Shown: piece after piece, positions 47,097 through 56,931 of the stretch
Layout: every line of letters starts with the position of its first letter
Numbering within the stretch: position 1 is the first letter of the stretch
IMG/VR virus record: IMGVR_UViG_3300037242_000028
Reading direction: 5' to 3' (one strand)
Length of the DNA: 64,000 nucleotides
From: an uncultured virus (IMG/VR IMGVR_UViG_3300037242_000028)
Taxonomy: Duplodnaviria > Heunggongvirae > Uroviricota > Caudoviricetes
The notes under the pieces: model-generated
Seen by the model: only the letters and a program-made list of their open reading frames with translations
What the model was told of the DNA's origin: nothing
Databases searched by the model: none
Made by a program: the position numbers and the translations under genes

Positions 47097-48049
47097 GCCG
47101 GTCTCCCCTGCATGAGTTGCTTATGCCCGATGTTGGCTTGTTCCCCGGTGTACCACTCCCACGTTTCATGCAGGCCGCGCTCTAGCGAGTATTGACATTT
47201 GAACCCGGTCTCGTTCAACCGACTCAGATCGGCGGCGCGGAAAATTTGACCGTTTGGCTTGAGCGTGTCCCACTTGATGTTCGTGACCCCGCTGATTTTG
47301 GAGAGCGTCTCTACAAGCTGTCGGATCGAATAGACTTTCCCGTCGCCGACGTTGATCGCGTCTTGAACGGACTCCATCACGACTATCGAGAGGCGCGCCA
47401 AATCCTTGACGTACAAGAAATTGCGCTCCGCCGAGCCGTCGCCCCAAATGGTGACGGGAGTGCCGTCGCGCTTCGCCTCGTAGAATTTGCGGATGAGCGA
47501 AGGCACCACATGGCCGTTGACCGGATCGAAGCGGTCGTTCGGCCCGTACAGATTGCACGATACGATGTAGGCCCAATCAATGCCGTAGCTTTCCCCGTAG
47601 GCTTCGAGCATCGCGAGCATTCCGCGCTTGGCGTGGGCGTAGCCACTCTCGGACGAGTGCGGCCGACCGTCGAAAATATCGCGTTCGTTGAACGGCAACT
47701 TCGGCGGGAAGGGGTAAACCGCGTTCGTGCCCATGACGGTGATCTTCTCGACGCCGACACAGTGTGCGGCTTCGATGACGTTCGTGTTGATAAGCGTGTT
47801 CTCAAGGTACGAGCGTCCCTGATTATTCATGTTGCCCATGATGCCGAACACGCGAGCGGCGGAGTGGAACAGGTACTTCGGCTGCACCGCTTTGAACAGG
47901 CCATACGTCTCCGAATAGCTGCGAAGGTCGCAAACTTGACTCGACGTGCCGACGACTGCGGTGTAGCCGCGCTCGGCGAACAGGTTGCGCATGGCGGTGC
48001 CGACGAGGCCCTTGCTGCCGGTGACGAGTATCGTGTCTGACTTGTTCAT
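47093..48049 (-). CDS. fcl: GDP-L-fucose synthase
   Basis: VTGSKGLVG, AARVFGI..N, YAHAKR, NLYGPND.F, HVVPSLI, WGDGS..R.FLYV.D. Confidence 0.9.
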   Translation of the reverse strand: MNKSDTILVTGSKGLVGTAMRNLFAERGYTAVVGTSSQVCDLRSYSETYGLFKAVQPKYLFHSAARVFGIMGNMNNQGRSYLENTLINTNVIEAAHCVGVEKITVMGTNAVYPFPPKLPFNERDIFDGRPHSSESGYAHAKRGMLAMLEAYGESYGIDWAYIVSCNLYGPNDRFDPVNGHVVPSLIRKFYEAKRDGTPVTIWGDGSAERNFLYVKDLARLSIVVMESVQDAINVGDGKVYSIRQLVETLSKISGVTNIKWDTLKPNGQIFRAADLSRLNETGFKCQYSLERGLHETWEWYTGEQANIGHKQLMQGRPA

Positions 48050-48951
48050 GCTTTTACTCCCGGGGCTCTTACTTGTTGTACGCGGTTGGCGTGTCGTTTG
48101 TTTGCCATACGTTGCCCGTGTTGCGAGGGTTGCCCGCTACGTGCGCGAGCGATTTGGGCTTCCGCCGCCATTAGCCGAGTGCGTGATCGCGATTGTTCTT
48201 TGGACCACTGCATAAGTGGTGGGCACGACGGGGGTTTCGCGGAGCGGTTACCAGCGAGGTAAAACCCGCGTGCTTGCATGAGGGGTTGCCAGAATTGCGG
48301 CCCCTTGACGGAATGTATCATGACCGCGCCGCGTTGTTGGACCGCCCGCCATGCCTGCTCGAAGGCGTTTGTGCTGCCGGAGACTGGACCAGTGAACCCG
48401 TCGTTAAAGTTCTTCCCCGGGACTCCGGCCTTGACCGCCAATTGTACCATGTAGTGATCTATGAACGGCAACGTCGGGTTCATGTCGAGATTTTTCTCCA
48501 TGACCGGAGCGAGCAACCGCTCAATCACTTTTCGGCTCATGAAATACGGCGGCTGAAAAGCGAGGCGCGGGAACCCGTCCATATAGAAGCCGTGCTCGCG
48601 CCCCTGCATATCATCTTTGACAAGGTTCGACCAAAGGACATCCTCCGCGTAGAGGTACTTCGGGATTTCGGGGGAGAGACAAACGCTGTCGCTGTCGTGA
48701 CAGAGAAAATAATCTTCGGGGTACGTCAATAGAAGCTTCATCTGTTCCCACTGGCGGTCAAGCGAAAGCTGCCCGGTGTACTGGCGTTGCCCGGCGAAAC
48801 GGCTTTCGACGCCCTGAATTGCGACTTGCGAGTCCACGGGCGATAAGATCGTGACCGGGCACTCATGGTGCAAAAGGATCGGGAGTGCCCCGATCACTTG
48901 AGGGGCGTCGCCCGCGTAACAGCACACCGCTACTCTTGTGCTCGGGTTCAT
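48046..48951 (-). CDS. putative GT-A glycosyltransferase (Fringe/GT31-like)
   Basis: HDSDS DxD, PYFMSR, IDHY, IHSVK. Basic tail ending RAPGVKA. Confidence 0.55.
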   Translation of the reverse strand: MNPSTRVAVCCYAGDAPQVIGALPILLHHECPVTILSPVDSQVAIQGVESRFAGQRQYTGQLSLDRQWEQMKLLLTYPEDYFLCHDSDSVCLSPEIPKYLYAEDVLWSNLVKDDMQGREHGFYMDGFPRLAFQPPYFMSRKVIERLLAPVMEKNLDMNPTLPFIDHYMVQLAVKAGVPGKNFNDGFTGPVSGSTNAFEQAWRAVQQRGAVMIHSVKGPQFWQPLMQARGFYLAGNRSAKPPSCPPLMQWSKEQSRSRTRLMAAEAQIARARSGQPSQHGQRMANKRHANRVQQVRAPGVKA

Positions 48952-49733
48952 GACTTCTTCCGATTTTGATACGCCACCAACAACTCTTTCGCAGCGATTG
49001 AGTTTTTCACCGAATGGATCATGTTCGCACCGTTGTTGACATATTCAAGCGCCTGCGCAAAGCTCGCGTTGTAGATTTGAGCAAGCTCGGGGCAGATAGG
49101 GTCACCTTCGACCCCGGCCCCAAATGGCGTAAAAAATTTCCCGGTCGCCTCGTCGTACCGTCCTGAAATGGGGCCGAGATAGCGATCACGAAAGCCCTTG
49201 TGCGGGAGCTTCGCCGCGTATGTGAGTTGAACGAGATAGTTGTCTACCCACTCCAACTGAGGGATGTGTGGGACTTGAGGTGCGACCGCGACAAAAGCCT
49301 CGATAGTTTTCCGGGACAAGAACCACGGAGCTTGAAACGACAGAGGCGGGCAGTCGGGGGGAAAGCTATCTACCGTGGTCTCCATTGCGCGACCCTCGTT
49401 CGTCCAGACGATGTGCGGCTCCGCGTAGAGATAGTCCGGGATTTTCGGATCGAGGCACACGCTGTCGCTTTCGTGCATGAAGAAATGGTTTTCGGGATAC
49501 GTGAGCAAGATTTTCAGATGCTCCAAATGCCGTGCGTGTGCGTCGGGACCTGACCGACCGCGCAACCCGGCGTGCCGGTTATCGACGCCCGGGTGGTTGA
49601 TGACGACTTTAGAATTCTCCGGCGACAGGATGGTGACCGGGCATTGATGATGCAAATAGAAGTCAAGCGATTGTTCGACCTGTTGCTTGTCCCCCTCATA
49701 GCAGCACACTGCAATTCTCGTATCCGGGTTCAT
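48948..49733 (-). CDS. paralogous putative GT-A glycosyltransferase
   Basis: Clearly similar to 48046-48951: AVCCY.GD, HESDSVCL, IHSVK. Confidence 0.55.
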   Translation of the reverse strand: MNPDTRIAVCCYEGDKQQVEQSLDFYLHHQCPVTILSPENSKVVINHPGVDNRHAGLRGRSGPDAHARHLEHLKILLTYPENHFFMHESDSVCLDPKIPDYLYAEPHIVWTNEGRAMETTVDSFPPDCPPLSFQAPWFLSRKTIEAFVAVAPQVPHIPQLEWVDNYLVQLTYAAKLPHKGFRDRYLGPISGRYDEATGKFFTPFGAGVEGDPICPELAQIYNASFAQALEYVNNGANMIHSVKNSIAAKELLVAYQNRKKS

Positions 49734-49888
49734 TTGCGCTCCCCCGCATCCACCAACGCTTCGCAGATCGCTTGTTCCAGCCGGTCGGCGCGGCGACCCG
49801 ATATGATAATGCCGCCGCCATTTATAGCCCGGTAATCGGACAGGATGTTGCGCGCGATTTCCGCTTCCTTCGCGTGAACTTTATTCAT
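49730..49888 (-). CDS. 52-aa hypothetical protein
   Basis: [16 protein letters not shown]..., coupled on both sides. Confidence 0.5.
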   Translation of the reverse strand: MNKVHAKEAEIARNILSDYRAINGGGIIISGRRADRLEQAICEALVDAGERK

Positions 49889-50894
49889 GGGCCGCCCTCA
49901 TATCGCTCGCGACCATTTCTCGGACGAGTTCGTTGAGGCCGGTCTTGTGACGCCAGCCCAACTTGCGCGCCTTGGTCGGGTCCCCCAACAGTTTGTCAAT
50001 CTCGGTCGGGCGAAAATAGCGCGGGTCTACCTGCACCAACTTGCGTTTGGTTTTTGTGCATATTCCACACTCTTGTGCGCCCTCTCCGAGCCATTTGATC
50101 TTGACCCCGATTTCCGCGAACGCCAACTCGACAAACTCGCGCACGGTATGAGTCTCGCCAGTCGCAAAAACGTAATCGCCCGGCGCGGGCTGTTGCAGCA
50201 GGAGCCACATGCCCTCCACGTAATCGCGGGCGTGGCCCCAATCGCGCAGGGCGTCCAGATTTCCGAGGTAGAGACAATCTTGTTTGCCCGCGTGGATGTC
50301 CGCTATGGCCCGCGTTATCTTGCGCGTCACGAATGTTTCGCCGCGCCGAGGGCTCTCATGATTGAACAGGATGCCGTTTGAGGCGTGCATCCCGTAGGCT
50401 TCGCGATAGTTGACCGTGATCCAATGGGCGTAGAGCTTCGCCGCTCCGTAGGGGCTGCGAGGATGGAACGGCGTGGTCTCGGATTGCGGAGTCGGAGTGT
50501 TGCCGTACATCTCAGAAGTTGACGCCTGATAGAACCGAACATCCTTCAAGCCCAACGTGCGGATACCTTCGAGCAGGCGCAGCGTGCCGATGCCGTCCGC
50601 ATTCGCGGTGTACTCGGGCGTCTCAAAGCTGACGTGAACATGAGACTGCGCAGCGAGGTTATAGATTTCAGTCGGCTGGATTTCTTGCAGGAGCCGAGTA
50701 AGGTTGGTGGCGTCCGTTAGGTCGCCGAAATGCAAGTGGAATTTTTTGTGGCCGATAAGGTGGGTGATGCGTCCGGTATTGAACGACGACGACCGACGCT
50801 TGACGCCGTGAACCTCGTAGCCTTTTTCCAATAGGAGTTCGGCGAGATAGCTGCCGTCCTGTCCGGTGACCCCCGTAATCAATGCCTTGCTCAT
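49881..50894 (-). CDS. gmd: GDP-mannose 4,6-dehydratase
   Basis: [54 protein letters not shown]. Confidence 0.97.
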   Translation of the reverse strand: MSKALITGVTGQDGSYLAELLLEKGYEVHGVKRRSSSFNTGRITHLIGHKKFHLHFGDLTDATNLTRLLQEIQPTEIYNLAAQSHVHVSFETPEYTANADGIGTLRLLEGIRTLGLKDVRFYQASTSEMYGNTPTPQSETTPFHPRSPYGAAKLYAHWITVNYREAYGMHASNGILFNHESPRRGETFVTRKITRAIADIHAGKQDCLYLGNLDALRDWGHARDYVEGMWLLLQQPAPGDYVFATGETHTVREFVELAFAEIGVKIKWLGEGAQECGICTKTKRKLVQVDPRYFRPTEIDKLLGDPTKARKLGWRHKTGLNELVREMVASDMRAAHE

Positions 50895-51754
50895 GCCTTG
50901 ACTCCCTTCCCTCGGATTGCGTCCCGGATCGCCAGCACTCTTGGCTGTCGTGATCGGATTTGCGGGCGCGCTCGCGGATGATGGTGCCGCACCGCCGCAT
51001 CGAATTCCAGTTCGCCGATTTCGGCACGCACCCACGGCCATGACCGCGCCAGCAAACCCAATTTCGAGGTACGAGTGACGACGTAGATGTTGTCTATCAC
51101 GAGCCGTGTGCGGCGGATAACCTCGGCATGATCGAGTGCGAGCGGCCAGTTGAAGATGTCGTGATAGCCGAAACTCGGTCCCGCGAGCGCGCGAGGACGT
51201 GTCGGGGGATAGTGCTCGTATGAGAATTGGGTCGCAACATCCTCCGGGGCCCACTTCGCGCCGATTTCGTTTTCGAGTCGGCGGCGATTGGTGCGAGCGT
51301 ATTGCATGTCGGTCACGATACCGAAAGAGGCACGATGGTCGTAGACGTAATCCGCCATCCGCTTTGACAGCAACATGAAGCCGCCGTTGCCGACCGTCAT
51401 GCTATCGCGCTGGCCGACCCAAGGAGCGCCGATGTAGTCGTAATTCAGGAAGTCGTCGCGCCACATACTCACGTCGCGGAGACCACCGTCCCATTCCATG
51501 AGAAGTGCGTGCGATGTCGTGATCGCGTGTGCCGCCTCCATGTAGTAGAATGCACCCTGCCTCGTTTTGTCGGGCCAGTTCGGAACTTGGATGTACGTGG
51601 CCGGGACCGGGATGCCGATAAGCTCGGGCCTGTCCGTATAGATGAGGACGCCGCCGAATTGGACCTTGAGCACGATGTCGGTGAGAGTGAGCCGCATCAA
51701 TTCGTGGCAGCGAGTCTCGACCACAACGAGGGTTACTTCGGGCAAATTGAGCAC
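50891..51754 (-). CDS. DUF5672-family putative glycosyltransferase
   Basis: WDG...[13 protein letters not shown]...VGNGGF.L.SK...FS.E...FGYH. Tail ends RGKGVKA. Confidence 0.75.
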   Translation of the reverse strand: MLNLPEVTLVVVETRCHELMRLTLTDIVLKVQFGGVLIYTDRPELIGIPVPATYIQVPNWPDKTRQGAFYYMEAAHAITTSHALLMEWDGGLRDVSMWRDDFLNYDYIGAPWVGQRDSMTVGNGGFMLLSKRMADYVYDHRASFGIVTDMQYARTNRRRLENEIGAKWAPEDVATQFSYEHYPPTRPRALAGPSFGYHDIFNWPLALDHAEVIRRTRLVIDNIYVVTRTSKLGLLARSWPWVRAEIGELEFDAAVRHHHPRARPQIRSRQPRVLAIRDAIRGKGVKA

Positions 51755-51807
51755 TGGCGGGGCCTCCGGGGGAGAGGGAAGCCATTAACCATGTCGAGAA
51801 TGGGTCG

Positions 51808-52893
51808 TCAAGCCCTTACGCCGGGTCCACGCTGCGCTAGGAGGCTTGGGTGCCCCACACGTACCCTCGGCATCACGCGCGGCGCAGGGGTCGTCCCTGA
51901 CGATTGTGGGGGATGGGTGGCCGGGGTGAAAATTTCAGTGATAGGGCGGCTTTCAGCGGGCGTTGAAATGCCAAGTTTGCCTATGAATTCGGTTACCGCC
52001 GCGCGGGCGCGGGGCATATCGAGGAGCTTGGTGCAGGGCTTGGTGCAGGCCGACGTTGCGCAGACGCACGGGCTGAGCGTGTCAATGCCGAGATAGGGGG
52101 CGAACTTCGCGCCGCTTCCGCCGAGCCAAGCCGCAGGCTCATAGCCGCCTTGGATCGAGATTGTCGGGACCCCCACGGCGGGCCCGAGGATCGCCGGGAA
52201 GCCGTTCGACGTGAACACAAGCGCCGCCCTCGACATCAAAGCCGCCAGCGACTCGAACGAAAGCTCGCCGTGGTTGTACGTCGCGTCGGCGATCAGTTGC
52301 GGGCCGACGATCCATTCCCGGTTCAATTCTAGGTCGGCAATTGACACGACAAAGAAGCTATCCCGCACCATAGTTATCAATTCTGCATACTGGTCGGGGT
52401 TCGCGTTGCGGATGCCGCTGCCGCGAAACTCCGGCCGCGCGACCAGCGGCCGATAAATCATGACCGGCTTTGTGCCGGTCCACTTGCTCGAAAACGCGTA
52501 TGCGTCCGTGACCCACGACACCGGGATCGGCAAGCTGTAGTCGGCCTCGGCGTAGTCCGGTTGGATACCGGCGGAGGCAAACATTGCTTCGAGGACTGTG
52601 CCTGACGGCAGGCCCGAGATGGTCCCTCGATTGTAGGAGATGTGGATCGAGCGGCCGCCGTGATGCGCTGGCACCGCCGCCGAAAACTTGTCTATTTCGC
52701 GTATTGCGTTCTTGAGTTGCGTGCGTAGCGCAACCGGCCTGCGGATGAAGCGGATGGGAAGATCGTGATAGACGCAAGGCCACGATGTCTCAAGCGCGAT
52801 CTGATAATCGCGCTTGAGCAAAGCTCGGATGATTGCTCGTTGGTGGACGTTATCGCCGAGGCCGTGCATGCCGCGCACAAGAAGCGAAGTCAT
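51808..52893 (-). CDS. GT9-like GT-B glycosyltransferase
   Basis: GMHGLGDNV, RNA, LAALMSRAALV...GF...AVGVPTI. Tail ends RGPGVRA. Confidence 0.7.
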   Translation of the reverse strand: MTSLLVRGMHGLGDNVHQRAIIRALLKRDYQIALETSWPCVYHDLPIRFIRRPVALRTQLKNAIREIDKFSAAVPAHHGGRSIHISYNRGTISGLPSGTVLEAMFASAGIQPDYAEADYSLPIPVSWVTDAYAFSSKWTGTKPVMIYRPLVARPEFRGSGIRNANPDQYAELITMVRDSFFVVSIADLELNREWIVGPQLIADATYNHGELSFESLAALMSRAALVFTSNGFPAILGPAVGVPTISIQGGYEPAAWLGGSGAKFAPYLGIDTLSPCVCATSACTKPCTKLLDMPRARAAVTEFIGKLGISTPAESRPITEIFTPATHPPQSSGTTPAPRVMPRVRVGHPSLLAQRGPGVRA

Positions 52894-52894
52894 G

Positions 52895-53278
52895 TTAGCC
52901 GTGGGTGATTGTCGCCGCAGTGATCGTGACTGACTGTCCCGAGACAATCGACGTGGACGAAAGAACGATGTCCGCTGCCGACGTGGCGACTGTCAGACCC
53001 GAGATGACGACGTGACCGACGCCATCCTCGACTTCGGCTTCCGCCGCCGTGCCGGTGTTAGCGGCCGACGCGTCAACGAGCGGGGTGCCCGAAAACGTCA
53101 GGACGCCGCCCGAGACGGTGCCGCAAGTCGCCGAGAAGGCGATGGTTGCGAGGAGGTTTGCGCCAGCGAAGCCCGACGATGTGCCGAACAGAAGCGAACC
53201 CGCGCCGCCGTTGTCGATGGCTGTCACAACCGCAGTCATGCGGGTGTTTTTCAGCGTGGTGTCATAAATGACCGACAT
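52895..53278 (-). CDS. small virion structural protein (fibre subunit-like)
   Basis: Ala/Thr/Ser/Gly-rich beta protein: LLATI, ANTGTA, DIVLSSTSIVSGQSVTI. Confidence 0.65.
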   Translation of the reverse strand: MSVIYDTTLKNTRMTAVVTAIDNGGAGSLLFGTSSGFAGANLLATIAFSATCGTVSGGVLTFSGTPLVDASAANTGTAAEAEVEDGVGHVVISGLTVATSAADIVLSSTSIVSGQSVTITAATITHG

Positions 53279-53341
53279 GGGATACTCCGTTGCCGCCGAA
53301 CTTAAAAAAGGGGACTAGGGGTCCGGGGCGGGCGTCCGGGT

Positions 53342-53370
53342 TTCCTAGCAGGATGGTTAATGGGCGTCAA
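53342..53370 (-). promoter_or_regulatory. promoter TTGACG-N17-TAGGAA with TTAACCAT in the spacer
   Basis: Intergenic, upstream of the fibre-subunit and glycosylation operon. Confidence 0.45.
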
Positions 53371-53378
53371 GCCCATTT

Positions 53379-56300
53379 TTAGGTGATAATCAGAAGCCTC
53401 CGCTTGATGGCGGCGGGCGGATAAGCCTTGGGAATTTCAAAGCCCGCCGATGACCAGCGGTCCTTGTATTCTACCGACCCCCACGTTCCCGTGACGGTCG
53501 AGCGATTGCTGAGAGACAGACGGTCGTCGGACTCGTATGCGCCCATCTGGCCCGTGATCCGGTTGTTGATGAGCCATCCCGAGAAGCCCATCGTGTCCTT
53601 GTGCTCGGTGGAGGCCCAAGCGGCATACGCCTTGACCCATCCGAGCCATCCTTCGCCGAAGTAGGGCGCGAACCCGGGTGCGCCCGTGAATTCGTCGGCG
53701 TGATCGGTGGAGTGCCACGCGACTTGCACCGGCACGAACCCGTGCGCGCTCCAAACATCCGTGTGCTCGACGGACTCCCACACGCCGGTCGGCGGCTGCG
53801 GCGGTCCGACCGGGATCGCGTCGGCGATCACGATCCATCCATCGGGCTCCGGCGATTGCAAGAATTCGGCGGTCTCGTCCGACGCCAGCCCCGACGAGTA
53901 CAGGTACTCGAAGCCCATATAAACCGGCGGTGCGTCTGACGCGTATTGCATCCTAGGCAGGATGGTGTTCGGGGTGTCTAGGGTGAGCGCGACAAATGGC
54001 TCCGTGAAGCCCGGCACCGCTTCGGTGAGGTTCGATGTCCACGCGACCAACAACGTCGAGAGTTCCGACGTGGAAATATCTGAGGCGTTCGGCGGCGGCG
54101 AAGCGCCGACACAACCAACCTCTACCGGGAGAGCCGGGTTCGTATCCCAAAACGCATCGCCTAGACCATATGCGCCGGTCGAGCCGCCGAGGCCCAATAT
54201 CTGCGCGGCGATAAGGTCGCCCGCCGCTGTGCCCGACGTGTTGATCGTGATCGTGTCGTTGGTCGCAAGTTCGGCTTGCGTATACATCGGCATCCATCCC
54301 CACCAAATTTCGGTAGCGATGGTGCCACCCGGGGTCGCCGTCACGACGCGCGAGCGCCGCTCGAAGCCAGCCGACGAGAGTGAGCCTTGCCCTTCCGAGA
54401 TAGACGTGACTTCGCCGGTCCCGCTCGCAGACTTTATCATGACTTGAATTAGGACCATGAGGTTGAAGTTCACCACCGTATAGGTCAACACAAGATCAGT
54501 CGTGGTGGAAAGTTGAATGGAGCCGCTGACGGAACCGTTATCCCAAAACCAATAGATTTCCTCCGCAGTGCCGCTCTCGCCTGCCGCGACGATGCTGTCA
54601 AACATAACCCCTGCGGAACTGTAGGGCTGCTCTGTGCCAGCGTAAATTGGACCGCCGACCAACACCGCCGTTCCTAACTGTGGCTCCGTCACAGTCTGAT
54701 AGACGAGACTCCCGAACACGCCGTAGCCATCAGTCTCAGTTTCAAGCGCGGTCGCCGTGACATAAGTCCACGGGTCCTGCGCGACGCCCCCGTCACCGGC
54801 ATAAGTCACACCTATACCGTGAAATCCAAACAAGAGAGTGTTGTCTGCATTCGTGGCGAGTTGCGACACGGAGGGGTTAAAGAAACCGCCGCTGCCATCG
54901 ACATACCCCCCGGCTTGCGTATGCGTATCAAAAGGCGTCGTGTAGTTCGCCCCTGCGACGCCGAACGCAAGGACGGCGAATGCGCCTTCGCCGCCGGTCG
55001 CGTGGACGGTGATGACATCGCCCGATAGCGGGTTCGGCGCGTGCGCCCACCAAAGCTCCACGATGGCCCCTTTATTGATTTCCGTGCCGGGGCCAGCCTT
55101 AAGACCACCTTGCTGCCAGCGTTGATTGCGCCGCTTCCATACCAGCCCGGCCGTGTCAGTGATACTTGTGATCGGCGACGCCGTATAAGCGCCACCGGCT
55201 GTAATTCCGACGACGATCACGTCGTTGTGCTGTGTGGTCGTGAGCGTGACAGTAGCCGAGTCAATGCCCGTCGTGTCGAACGGGCCGCCGCCCGCCGCGC
55301 CGCCGGTCGCGTAGCCGTCGATCATGAGCGGAGACGCTGGCGGTGTCGCGGTGTCCCAAGCCGAGAAGCCGGATGGAGGCGTGTGGGCGAATGCCGAAGC
55401 CCCGGCATTCAGCATGGCAGTATCTTCTGGCCCGTAAAGCCCGGCGAACAGATAGATCGCGGAGCCGGTAATCATGGAAATATCGTAGCCGCCGGACCCC
55501 TCTTGCGGCTGGCCCGTTGTCGGCGGTCGTGGTGAGGCCACACCGTTTGCCGGGTTCGCTCCCGAGATACCGTTCCATAGGCCGCCCGCGACACGGAACC
55601 AAATCAGGTTGTTGTCAAGGTCGATGGCGACGCCGACATTGACCGCCGTATTATCATTAGGACCCAAACCTTGAGTGTTGCTGCTCAAACTTGTCCCGGC
55701 CCAATTGGACATATCCTGACCGTTGATCCAAATCGTGCCGTTCTCGCTGGCGAAAACGCCCGCGCCGTTTGTGGCCGGTCCTACGGGATTGGCCCAATTC
55801 CCGAACGCCGCCGCAGCGTTTATGACGCCAACACCCGACTCGCCTGCCTCAAACTCGACCGAGAATTCGGTGTAGAACTTGCCGGTAGTTTTGAATGTGT
55901 TCGACCGCGCGCCGACTGACTCGTTGAACGCCTCCTGATTGATCGCGGTCAGGTTATCGTTTTGAAGGGAGACGCCTTCCGACACGGTAGCGGGATCGAA
56001 GTACGTCGCCGTCGCGCCGGTGCCCGCCGCCGCGAGAGTGTCGGCCGTTTCGGTCGAGCCCCACGTACCGCTTGGGTGCGCCGAAGTAAAATCGAAGATG
56101 TCCTTGGCTTCGGTCGAGTGCCACGAACCGCCGAGCACGCCGCCGTGCGCGGCCATCGCGTCGGCTGCTTCGGTCGAAGCCCAAGTGCCGGTGGGGCCCG
56201 CGATCACCGCAGCTTGGATTGCGTCTACGTAGCCAATCCAATCGGTCGAGTCCAAGCCCGCAAAAAGATTGAATGTTTGACTTGTGATTGGACCCGATAG

Positions 56301-56909
56301 GGCCTGATACTCCGAACCCGCCCCTAAAAAAGACGCTGCCTGCTCGCCATCCGCCGCGATTAGCGTGAAGTCGCTGTCCGCCGTGGCATAAGCGACGGGT
56401 ATCGAGCTAGGCTCGTTATTTCCTGTCAGTATTGCGATCAACAAAGTGCCGCTGGCGGTGGTCGAGACACCCGTAACATTGCGAGTCGTGACCTGTGAGC
56501 TTTCGGGGGAGGAAGCGACGGCAGGCAATGAGACGTTGACATCGAAAGGCGCGGTTGTTTTCGCGCCCGCAACGCTGAAAACCATACAGGTATCGTAGGT
56601 GGTGGTCGCGTTGTTGATCGCCACCGTGACTGACGAGGCTCCGGTGGTGGCGAGGCCCCACCACACTTCTTGGATCAGCGGAACGCCGTCATTGCACGTT
56701 ATATACGTGCGATTACGCAACGTCCACGATCCGGTAACGCCGCCGCCGGTTATCCCGGAGACGCCGACATCCGCTTCGGGCTGGTTCGTAAAGAAACTCG
56801 CGGCAACGACGACGATGTCGTTGGTGACTGTGGTGAGGGAGATAGCGCCGAACGCGCTGCCGTTCTCCGAGTTTGCGACCCCATATGAGCGGAGTGTTGG
56901 GCTGGTCAT
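53379..56909 (-). CDS. large fibre or receptor-binding protein with a SPRY-like domain and repeated beta domains
   Basis: KTTGKFYTEF...GVAIDLDNNLIWF...N.G..AF..TPPSGF (SPRY). Three E.WW domains. WxSTE repeats. Confidence 0.7.
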   Translation of the reverse strand: MTSPTLRSYGVANSENGSAFGAISLTTVTNDIVVVAASFFTNQPEADVGVSGITGGGVTGSWTLRNRTYITCNDGVPLIQEVWWGLATTGASSVTVAINNATTTYDTCMVFSVAGAKTTAPFDVNVSLPAVASSPESSQVTTRNVTGVSTTASGTLLIAILTGNNEPSSIPVAYATADSDFTLIAADGEQAASFLGAGSEYQALSGPITSQTFNLFAGLDSTDWIGYVDAIQAAVIAGPTGTWASTEAADAMAAHGGVLGGSWHSTEAKDIFDFTSAHPSGTWGSTETADTLAAAGTGATATYFDPATVSEGVSLQNDNLTAINQEAFNESVGARSNTFKTTGKFYTEFSVEFEAGESGVGVINAAAAFGNWANPVGPATNGAGVFASENGTIWINGQDMSNWAGTSLSSNTQGLGPNDNTAVNVGVAIDLDNNLIWFRVAGGLWNGISGANPANGVASPRPPTTGQPQEGSGGYDISMITGSAIYLFAGLYGPEDTAMLNAGASAFAHTPPSGFSAWDTATPPASPLMIDGYATGGAAGGGPFDTTGIDSATVTLTTTQHNDVIVVGITAGGAYTASPITSITDTAGLVWKRRNQRWQQGGLKAGPGTEINKGAIVELWWAHAPNPLSGDVITVHATGGEGAFAVLAFGVAGANYTTPFDTHTQAGGYVDGSGGFFNPSVSQLATNADNTLLFGFHGIGVTYAGDGGVAQDPWTYVTATALETETDGYGVFGSLVYQTVTEPQLGTAVLVGGPIYAGTEQPYSSAGVMFDSIVAAGESGTAEEIYWFWDNGSVSGSIQLSTTTDLVLTYTVVNFNLMVLIQVMIKSASGTGEVTSISEGQGSLSSAGFERRSRVVTATPGGTIATEIWWGWMPMYTQAELATNDTITINTSGTAAGDLIAAQILGLGGSTGAYGLGDAFWDTNPALPVEVGCVGASPPPNASDISTSELSTLLVAWTSNLTEAVPGFTEPFVALTLDTPNTILPRMQYASDAPPVYMGFEYLYSSGLASDETAEFLQSPEPDGWIVIADAIPVGPPQPPTGVWESVEHTDVWSAHGFVPVQVAWHSTDHADEFTGAPGFAPYFGEGWLGWVKAYAAWASTEHKDTMGFSGWLINNRITGQMGAYESDDRLSLSNRSTVTGTWGSVEYKDRWSSAGFEIPKAYPPAAIKRRLLIIT

Positions 56910-56931
56910 GATAGCTCGCCTTGGAGAAAAA

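Noticed and set aside
49881..51254. 457-aa extended gmd
   Set aside because: The real start is the ATG at 50894 with an RBS. The extension overlaps the DUF5672 gene.
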